Shown piece by piece: positions 8,101-16,700 of a DNA stretch of 64,000 bases. The notes beneath the pieces are model-generated. The model was not told where the DNA came from. It worked only from the letters and a program-made list of their open reading frames with translations, and ran no database searches. The translations under genes were made by a program, and so were the position numbers. How positions within the stretch are numbered: position 1 is the stretch's first letter; each line of letters starts with the position of its first letter. This DNA is from an uncultured Syntrophaceae bacterium (lineage in GTDB: Bacteria > Desulfobacterota > Syntrophia > Syntrophales > UBA2192): NCBI GenBank assembly GCA_964585095.1, contig CAZPCN010000006.1, forward strand, positions 13,160 through 77,159. The letters run 5' to 3'.

Positions 8101-11100
8101 CTAAGGGATCCTTCCCTGAGGAGACCTGCCGCGCAAGGATTTCCCCCTCTTTTTTCCTGCAGGCGACTCTTTCGCGTCGCGGGGCAAGGCAATCGTCACC
8201 TCCGTGCCCGATTCCGGATTCGATTCGACCGTCATGGTCCCGTTGAATGCCATGACCCGCTCCCGGATGCTGAACAGACCGAATCCGCCCTGGTCGGTGG
8301 GCCCCTGGACGGATTTCGGATCGAAGCCGGTCCCGTTGTCCGTGACCCTCACCAGGAGGTGCCGGTTCCGGGACTCGATCGCAACGCGGACGTTCCGTGC
8401 ACCGCTGTGTTTCATGGCATTGGCGAGGAGTTCCCGGATCACCTGGAAAATGACGATGCTCAGTTCCTGGCCGACTTCAGCGAAATCTTCAGAGATGTCG
8501 CAGCGGATCGCAATCCCGTGCCTGGCCGTCAGCTTCTCGGCAAGTGATTCGCAGGCGGCGGCCAGCCCCATGTCGAAGAGCAGCGGGGGGCTGATGTCCG
8601 TCATCAGGGCTCGCGTCTCCCGGATGGATTGCTCCAGCAGCTCCCGTGCTTCGGTGAGGGCGCGGCGATAGGTCTCATCGTCCCCGCCCGACCGCAGGAG
8701 ATCGAGCCGCATCTTGGCCGCGGCGAGGGTCTGCGCGACCTCGTCGTGCAGCACCACGGCAATCCGCTTGCGCGCCTGCTCTTCCGCCATGGTGATCTCC
8801 GAGGCCAGCACCCGGAGCTGATCGCGGCTGTTCAGGAGATCCTCCGTGAGGGCCACCAGCTCGGCCGTCCTTTCCCGCACCCGTTCCTCGAGATTTTCCT
8901 TTGCTCGGCGCAGGGCCTCCTCGGCGGCCTTGCGCTCTGTGATGTCCCAACCGTAAATTCGCAGGTGTGGGCCCTTTTCGACGAGCTGAAGGCTCTGGTG
9001 ATACCAGCGGCCGTCGACGTTCACCTCCCGGAAGTGTTTTCCCGATCCGTCCTTGAGCGTCTGAGCAAACCCCTCCCAGCCCTCAAGCCACGGGTGCGAG
9101 GGCCCCCGTTTCCCGAGGTCCGGGAAGAGCTGCCAGGCTGCGGGGTTGGTGAACGTGATCCGCCCTTCGAGATCGGCTTCGATGACGGGGTTGGGGTTGA
9201 GCAGGGGGAACGAAGCCAGACGCTCCATCTGCGCCTCCGCCCGCTTGCGATCGGTGATGTCCTGCGTCGTCCCGAACCCCCCCAGCACAGAACCGTCGCT
9301 GGCGAATTCCAGGTCGGCCGTTTCGCGCACCCACTTCACCTCTCCGTTCACGACGAGGCGGTGCTCGATGTCGTAGGGCTCGCCGCGCAGGGCGGCCATC
9401 CAGCATCGGTCCACGTAATCCCGATCGTCGGGATGGACGGTCGCCAGGAAGCCTTCGTAGGTCATGGGCGTTCCCTTGGGGACCCCGAAGATCCGGTGGT
9501 TCTCGTCGGACCAGGTCAGCTCGTTTTTCTGCACGTTCATCCGCCAGCTTCCCGTCCTGGCCACAGCCTGGGCGCGGTTCAAGTCCTCCTCGCTGCGGCG
9601 AAGGGCGTGCTCCGCGCGGAGGCGCTCGGTGATGTCCAGGAAGATCACGGCGAAACGGCCCGGAGCAGGCCGGTAGGCGAATACCTCGAAGTCCTTGCCG
9701 AGCACCGCCGAGTTTTGCTGAAAATGCATCGCCCTGCCCGTCAGGGCGACCTCGCCGTAGGTCCGGATCCAGAAGGGCTCCGTGCCGGGAAGGACCTCGG
9801 TGACGGTCTTCCCGACGATCTCCGGCGCCCGCAGGCCCGTTGAGCGCTCGAAGGCCGGGTTGACCTCCAGGAAGCGATAGTCGGCGGGTTCGCCTTTTTC
9901 GTCCAGGATAATCTCGTGCAGGGCGAACCCCTCGCTCATCTCGTTGAAGAGGGTCCGGTAGCGCCCCTCGCTTTCTTGCAGGGCCCGCTGGTAACGGATG
10001 CGCTCCAAAGCAAGGGAAACCTGGTCGGCCACGGTCCGCATCAGTTCTATCTCGTCCAGCGAGAAGCGCGCCCGCGTCTTCGTGCCGAAGGACAGCGTGC
10101 CGAGGAGGCGGTCGCCGGCCATCAGAGGATGGCAACAGTAGGCTTGGATACCGTAGGACTTCACCAGTTCCGTCCGGTCGTCGGGCGTGTGAAAGATATC
10201 CTCGGCGACGATCCGGACCCGGTCACGTGCGGCGCACCCGCACACGGCAACGCCGTAGTCGAGCCACTCGAGCTTCCGCATCTCCTCCTCGGGGATCCCG
10301 GCGCAGGCGTTCAGGCGGAGCCTGCCCGTGCTCTCGTCGACCATGAAGTTGAAGAATGCCTGGCAGTCCAGGTGCTCCATGACCTCCCGGCAGAGGTCGT
10401 TCACGATGCCTCGGGGTTCCTCGGAGGCGAGCAGCCGCCCGGCGGTTTCGGAGAGCAGGCGGAAACGAGCCTCGCTTCGACTGATGGCCTCCTCGGCCCG
10501 CCGGCGTTCCGTCGTTTCGAACAGGGAAAACACAAGGCCGTTCACGTGGCGGGCGTCGTCAAAGATCGGGATGAGGGTCCAGTCCCAATAGGTGACCCCT
10601 CGTTCGGGCTGATCGGGAAAGACGAACGGTTTGTCACGGAACTCCGCCGGTAGGCCCGTGTCCCTCACCCGGGCGAAGATGGCCTCGTTTTCCGCGTGCG
10701 GGTAGAGATCAAAGTGATTTTTCCCGACCATCTCCTGCGGCGGGTAACCGCAGCTTCTGGCATAGGCTTCGTTTACCCGCACGAAGTTGAAATCCCGGTC
10801 GAGGAAGACGAGATGCGAGTTCTTCGCCCCGTCCATGACGCTCTGGAGAATGTCCCGTTCGCGCGCAATCGCTTTGCCGGCTTCTTCGATGACTGAGTCG
10901 GCCCGCCTGCGTTCGGTGATGTCGACGGAAAAACCGATGATCCCCGCGATCTCTCCCTCCGCATCGTACAGAGGGACCTTGTCCGTGCAGACCCACCGCT
11001 CTCCCTGTCTCGTCTGCACGACTTCGATGATATCCTTCTTGGGCCTGCCCGAGGAGATGACCTCCAAATCGTCCCTCCAGAAGGCGTCGGCCTGTTCGCG

Positions 11101-13236
11101 GGGATAAAGGTCGAAAAGGGATCGCCCCTCCAACTCAGCCCGGGGCATCTCCATTATGCCGGCGAAGGCCTCGTTGACCCGCAGGAAACGATTCTCCCTG
11201 TCCTTGTAGAATATCCATGCCGGGACCGTATCGAATATGGTTTGCAGCTCCTCGTGTTTTGCGACGAGCGCCTCCTGCACCTGCACCATCTCGTTGATGT
11301 CCGTGGCGGTGCCGAACCACTTCAGGATCCCACCCCCCTCATCGAGAATCGCACGCGCGCGCACCATGAACCAGCGATACGACCCGTCGGCGGCCCGCAA
11401 TCGCTGCCTCACCTCATAGGGCCGGCCTGTGCGAAGGCTGTCCGCGACCGCGTGGAGGCTCCGCGCGACGTCCTGCGGGTGCACGGCCTTCGACCAGCCG
11501 TCGCCCATCACCTCGTCGTACGGCATGCCGCTGTAGGCCAGGCCACGCCTGTTGAGGTAGTCGATGGATCCGTTCGGAAGGGCGGTGAAGAGGATGTCGG
11601 GCACCGTTTCGGCCATCTCCCGAAAACGACTTTCGCTCTGCCTCAACTTCTCTTCGGCCAGCTTGTGCTCCGAGATGTCCGTAACAAGAGCAACGAGGCC
11701 CTCCACGCGCCCGGTGACATCGCGGTCAGGCACCAGCGTCGCGCGGACCCAGAGGCGACCGCCTGCACGGTAGGGCATCCGTTCCTCGTAGGTGACCGTC
11801 TCGCCGGCCATCGCCCTCTCCAGCCGCGGCCGTACGATCTGCCAGGCCTCCTCCCCCACCAGGTCCCGGACGCGGCGGCCTTCCATGTCCCGCGCCGCGA
11901 GTCCGAACCATTTCTCGTAGCCCCTGTTGACGCGCCGGTAACGGAACCCCGGCTCGATGTACGAGATCAGCGCCGGCACCGTGTCCATGACCAACCGCAG
12001 CTCCTGCTCCCGCTCGCGCAGGGCCTCCTCGGCGGCCCTGCGTTCGGTGATGTCGCTGATGATGAAGATCATCGCCCGGCTTCGGCCGGCGCCGGATACG
12101 GAGGAGGACAGGTCGGCCGGAAAGGTCGATCCGTCCTTCCTCCGGAGAGTCGCCTCGAATCGCGTCTCCCGGCCTCCCGCCACGACATCCCGAAGGCGCG
12201 CGGCCTCTCCGGGCGCGGCGATTGCCCCGACAAGGTCCATCCCGGCTGCCTCCTGGACCGAATACCCGAAGCAGGCCTCGGCGGCACGGTTCCACAGGAT
12301 GACCCTGCCCGACGACTCGGCGGAGAGGATGGCGCTCGTGGAGGCGTCCACCAGAGCCCGGTAGTGGCTCTCGGAGCGACGGAAGAACTCGGCGACGGCC
12401 TGTTCGATGTCGAGGCCCGCCCTGCGGGCATCGCGCACGAGGATCCAGGCGGCGGCGAAGAGGTATACGTTCCCTGCGTACTGCGACACGCGGCCTGTCC
12501 AGCTCAGGAGGGAGCCCGGGACCCCAAGGGCCACTCCCAACAGGCCCAGGGCGATGAGAGCGAGCCCGAGGCCGTACCAGCGTAAAAATTCGGCGTTTCG
12601 CCTGTCATAATCGATTCGGACGAGCAGGGCGCTGACGGCAAAGAAAAGGACCGCAGCAGCGAGGACGACGAGGCGGACGTGCGTGATGTCGACGCCCGGG
12701 ACGACGAAGGGGGGCAGGACATCGTACAAGGCACCGAGCCACACCAGGGCCGCAAAAACGAGAGCGACCCCGTATCCCAGAGCGGCTTTCAACGCCCTGC
12801 CCTGCCGGCTTTCCTCTGGCTCCGCCCCTCGCAGATGGAGCACGCAACCCGCGAGGTGCATCAACGCGGAGGCCAGCACGCCCATGTTGTGCATCGTCAC
12901 TGCGTGGTTGGGCCCCTGCGTTTCGAGAATGAAGAGCCCGGCACCGAAGTTGGCGAGCCCAAAACTGAAAACGCCGCTTCCCGCAAGGAGGATCTGGGCG
13001 ATGCCTCCGGCCAGGTAAGACCGCAGGGCCAGGACGGAGACCCACAGGCACACGGGCGCTACGAAGAAGACGTTGAGGGCGAACAGGAGCCAGGGTGTCT
13101 CGTGAACGGCGCTGCGCATCGAAGGGACGACATAAAGGAGTGAAGAGAGGAGCACGAGGGCGTAGAACGGCGTATCGGCAAGTGCGCCCAACCTTTCCAG
13201 CCGGGAAACAGCCGGCAATCGATTCCCATGGGTCAT
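8101..13236 (-). CDS. Giant membrane-bound multi-PAS/GAF sensor histidine kinase (HisKA_3 + HATPase_c)
   Basis: The ATG at 13236 has an AGAGAGGG RBS. Layout by eye: an N-terminal polytopic membrane region of about 280 aa, about 8 PAS-like units, one GAF domain (GIVNDLCREVMEHLDCQAFFNFMVDE...LSFGTKTRARF), H-box VVLHDEVAQTL, N box LLANAMKHSGA, then DNGTGF and GGFGLFSIRERV. The ORF-track start at 13374 adds 46 non-hydrophobic residues and was not used. Confidence 0.9.
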   Translation of the reverse strand: MTHGNRLPAVSRLERLGALADTPFYALVLLSSLLYVVPSMRSAVHETPWLLFALNVFFVAPVCLWVSVLALRSYLAGGIAQILLAGSGVFSFGLANFGAGLFILETQGPNHAVTMHNMGVLASALMHLAGCVLHLRGAEPEESRQGRALKAALGYGVALVFAALVWLGALYDVLPPFVVPGVDITHVRLVVLAAAVLFFAVSALLVRIDYDRRNAEFLRWYGLGLALIALGLLGVALGVPGSLLSWTGRVSQYAGNVYLFAAAWILVRDARRAGLDIEQAVAEFFRRSESHYRALVDASTSAILSAESSGRVILWNRAAEACFGYSVQEAAGMDLVGAIAAPGEAARLRDVVAGGRETRFEATLRRKDGSTFPADLSSSVSGAGRSRAMIFIISDITERRAAEEALREREQELRLVMDTVPALISYIEPGFRYRRVNRGYEKWFGLAARDMEGRRVRDLVGEEAWQIVRPRLERAMAGETVTYEERMPYRAGGRLWVRATLVPDRDVTGRVEGLVALVTDISEHKLAEEKLRQSESRFREMAETVPDILFTALPNGSIDYLNRRGLAYSGMPYDEVMGDGWSKAVHPQDVARSLHAVADSLRTGRPYEVRQRLRAADGSYRWFMVRARAILDEGGGILKWFGTATDINEMVQVQEALVAKHEELQTIFDTVPAWIFYKDRENRFLRVNEAFAGIMEMPRAELEGRSLFDLYPREQADAFWRDDLEVISSGRPKKDIIEVVQTRQGERWVCTDKVPLYDAEGEIAGIIGFSVDITERRRADSVIEEAGKAIARERDILQSVMDGAKNSHLVFLDRDFNFVRVNEAYARSCGYPPQEMVGKNHFDLYPHAENEAIFARVRDTGLPAEFRDKPFVFPDQPERGVTYWDWTLIPIFDDARHVNGLVFSLFETTERRRAEEAISRSEARFRLLSETAGRLLASEEPRGIVNDLCREVMEHLDCQAFFNFMVDESTGRLRLNACAGIPEEEMRKLEWLDYGVAVCGCAARDRVRIVAEDIFHTPDDRTELVKSYGIQAYCCHPLMAGDRLLGTLSFGTKTRARFSLDEIELMRTVADQVSLALERIRYQRALQESEGRYRTLFNEMSEGFALHEIILDEKGEPADYRFLEVNPAFERSTGLRAPEIVGKTVTEVLPGTEPFWIRTYGEVALTGRAMHFQQNSAVLGKDFEVFAYRPAPGRFAVIFLDITERLRAEHALRRSEEDLNRAQAVARTGSWRMNVQKNELTWSDENHRIFGVPKGTPMTYEGFLATVHPDDRDYVDRCWMAALRGEPYDIEHRLVVNGEVKWVRETADLEFASDGSVLGGFGTTQDITDRKRAEAQMERLASFPLLNPNPVIEADLEGRITFTNPAAWQLFPDLGKRGPSHPWLEGWEGFAQTLKDGSGKHFREVNVDGRWYHQSLQLVEKGPHLRIYGWDITERKAAEEALRRAKENLEERVRERTAELVALTEDLLNSRDQLRVLASEITMAEEQARKRIAVVLHDEVAQTLAAAKMRLDLLRSGGDDETYRRALTEARELLEQSIRETRALMTDISPPLLFDMGLAAACESLAEKLTARHGIAIRCDISEDFAEVGQELSIVIFQVIRELLANAMKHSGARNVRVAIESRNRHLLVRVTDNGTGFDPKSVQGPTDQGGFGLFSIRERVMAFNGTMTVESNPESGTEVTIALPRDAKESPAGKKRGKSLRGRSPQGRIP

Positions 13237-13710
13237 ACCGCCCTCTCTTTGCCTCGGGTTAACCGGGACGCAGCCGGTAGCAGTCCCGGTGACGGGACCT
13301 TCCGCCGATGTTCGATCCATCTCGTCACAGCTCTCTTGCTTTGTCAAGAGGCCATCCGCACGGGGACGACACAATCATCCATCCGCTGAAGGCACTATAG
13401 GAAAAGACTCACGCAGTGTCGCCGGTCACGCGGGTGGGGCCGTTCCCCCGCCAACATAGTGGGTCGGACCAAGGCTATGATTTACCTAAGGCATTTAGAC
13501 CGCGGAAATCATATATTGCCGCATTTTATTTACCCGCCCGTTTCGATAGGTTGGAATCAAATCTGTACAAGGTTGATGGATTGGCGACAAACGATTCCAA
13601 ACCGCTGCAGGCACACCATGGAAGCCCCGTTACCCGTTCACTGCGCGATCATCCCGCTGCCCATACGTACGTTCAGCAGGAGCAATGATTTGACGAGGAG
13701 GAGACAGACT

Positions 13711-16700
13711 ATGCATAGGAAATGTATCCGAATCCTGATGTGTTTCTTCATCGTGGCGCTGGCACTGGCTGCCCTCCCCTGGGAGGTCGACCCGGTTCAT
13801 GCGCGCCCGGTGACCGGCCCCGGCACGACGCCGGATTATTATGAAACCCCCAATTGGGCCAACAGCCCGCCGTTGCGGAAATTCGTAGATACCCTGGCAC
13901 CGCTGGGGTGTGCTGCCGCGAACAATCTCGGGCAGTGCATTCCTGTTGCCATCCCGAACACGACGGCGTTTCCGGGATCGGATTACTACGAAATCGAGCT
14001 GGTCGAGTATCGCGAGCGGATGCATTCCGACCTCCCCGCGCTCAACAACGCCAATAAAATGCTGGCCACGGCAGGCGGAACCAAGCTGCGGGGTTACCGG
14101 CAGACCAACACGACGGACCCCAATCTTCTGACGCCTCATTACCTGGGACCTCTGATCATCGCCCAGAAGGACCGACCGGTGCGCATCAAGTTCACCAACA
14201 GCCTGCCCACGGGGGCCGGAGGCTACCTGTTTCTCCCGGTCGACACCAGTATCATGGGATCGGGAAATTTTGAGATCAACTACGACCCCGTGACCAAGGA
14301 GCCTGGGCCCACCGTGACGGGCACGTTCACGGAAAACCGGGCAACCCTCCATCTCCACGGCGGACGCACCCCGTGGATCAGCGACGGCACGCCCCACCAG
14401 TGGATCACCCCAGCCGGAGAGACCACCCCCTATCCCAGGGGGGTCAGCGTGATGAACGTCCCCGACATGCCGGACCCGGGCGCCGGGTCGCAGACGTTCT
14501 ACTGGACCAACGCGCAGAGCGCCAGGCTGATGTTTTTCCACGACCATGCATGGGGAATCACGCGCCTCAATGTCTATGCCGGCGAGGCCGCGGGGTATCT
14601 CATCCAGGATCCCACGGAGCTGTCGCTTATCAGCGCCGGAACCCTCCCCGCCACTCAGATCCCCCTGATCATCCAGGACAAGACCTTCGTCGACGGCGAC
14701 CCGTTCAGCCCGACCTATGTCCGGACGACGGACCCGACGTGGAACTGGGGTACCGGCCCCCTGAACGCCAGCGGCGCACGAACGCCGGTCACCGGAGACC
14801 TCTGGTGGCCCCATGTCTACATGCCCGCCCAGAATCCGTATAATCCCGACGGGAGCGGGATGAACCCGTTCGGCCGTTGGCATTACGGGCCCTGGTTCTT
14901 CCCGGCGACCCCGGTGTGCGGCTCATCGCCCGACGCGATACCGCCGTTTTGCGTTGCGCAGGGGCCGGTTGCAAACCCCTACTACGATCCGTCCTGCAAT
15001 CCGGCCGTGGCGGGCTTCTGCCAGCCGCCGCAGATTCCGGGCACGCCCGACGTCTCCTGGGGCGCCGAAGCGTTCCTGGATACGATGATGGTCAACGGGA
15101 CCGTATACCCGACCCTCACCGTGCAGCCGCAGCAATACCGCTTCCGGATCCTCAACGCCGCCCATGACAGGTTCCTCAATCTTCAGTTCTACAGAACCAG
15201 CCCGATCGTGAGCGGCATCACCGTCACCGCCGGAGGCACGGGCTACACCTCCGCCCCCACCGTCACCATCACGGGAGACGGCACGGGTGCCACGGCGACG
15301 GCTACCGTGGACCTGACCCCCGGCAGCCCGACGCTGGGGCAGGTGACGGCTGTCACCCTCGATACCGTGGGCAGCGGCTACACCGTCGCTCCCGCCGTCA
15401 CCTTCGCGGGCGGCGGCGGTACGGGCGCCGCCGCCACGGCGGCCGTTTACACCGCCCTTACGGAAGTCGGCATGGTCCCCGCGAAGTTGACGTCGGGCTT
15501 CCCGGAGCAATGGCCGGCAGACGGCAGGGAGGGCGGCGTTCCCGATCCGGCAAGGCGCGGTCCCGCGTTTATCCAGATCGGCACCGAGGGCGGGTTCCTG
15601 CCCGCGCCGGTGGTGCTGCCCAACCAGCCGGTTAAATGGAACACGGACCCCACGACGTTCAATGTCGGGAACGTGCTCACGCAGGCCGAGGGCGGCGGCA
15701 CGCTCTTCCTGGGCCCCGCCGAACGGGCGGACGTCATCGTCGACTTCTCCCAGTACGCCGGCCAGACCCTGATCCTCTACAACGATGCCCCCACGGCGTT
15801 CCCGGCGCTCGTCCCGCAGTATGATTACTACACCGGCGCGCCGGATCGCACCGACATCGGCGGCATCGCCGCCGTGCCGCCGGGCATGGGTCCCAATGTC
15901 CGGACCATCATGCAGATCACAGTGGCGGGCGCAGGCGGCGCCGCGCCCCCCGATGCGTACAACCCGGCAACCCTGACCGCTCTGCAGACCGCCTTTGCAG
16001 GGGGTGCGACCCCCGGAGTGTTCCAGTCCTCCCAGGACCAGATTATCGTGGGGCAAACGGGCTACAATTCCGCCTACAACACCACGTTCCCCTCGACGTG
16101 GCCCAACTGGGGCGTATCGAGAATCTCCGACGGCGCCATCAGCTTCCAGATGGTGGACGGCACGATCGTGAGCGACATGCCGATGAGGCCGAAAGCCATT
16201 CAGGACGAGATGGGCGAGACCTTCGATGACTACGGACGCATGAGCGCCAAGCTGGGGCTCGAAGCGCCCTTCACCAATGCGGCAATCGCCAACTTCATCC
16301 TCCAGAACTACGTCGATCCCGCCACGGAGATCGTGAGACCCGGCGAGATCCAGATCTGGCGGATCACCCACAACGGCGTGGACACGCACCCCATCCATTT
16401 CCATCTCTTCGATGTGCAGCTGCTCAACCGGGTCGGCTGGGACGGGGCCATCCGGTGGCCCGACCCCAACGAGCTGGGCTGGAAGGACACGGTAAGGATC
16501 AGCCCGCTGGAGGACACCATCGTCGCCCTGAGGCCGATCCTTCCCCCGGTGCCGTTCGCGCTTCCCGAGAGCGTCCGCCCCCTGAACCCGTCGACGCCGC
16601 TGGGTTCCGACATGGGGTTCTCGCAAATCGACACGAAGACCGGGGGCGACCTGGTACCGCCTCAAACCAATGTCATGGCAAACTTCGGCTGGGAGTACGT

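Noticed and set aside
8629-12585. Plus-strand ORFs 8629..9843 (404 aa), 9916..10653 and 11242..12585 (447 aa) inside the kinase gene
   Set aside because: They lie antisense to an uninterrupted 1,711-codon frame full of PAS/GAF/HisKA_3 motifs. Their translations are Arg/Pro/Gly-rich with no domain signatures.
13459-13710. Upstream extension of the MCO ORF (ORF-track start at 13459)
   Set aside because: The extra 84 codons lie in AT-richer, intergenic-looking sequence and would bury the signal peptide. The ATG at 13711 has a GAGGAGGAG RBS and opens a canonical Sec signal.
13237-13710. Search for regulator-binding palindromes or a sigma54 promoter in the kinase/MCO divergent region
   Set aside because: Only weak imperfect palindromes (for example CTAAGGCATTTAG) and no TGGCAC-N5-TTGC match. 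This is not enough to call a site.
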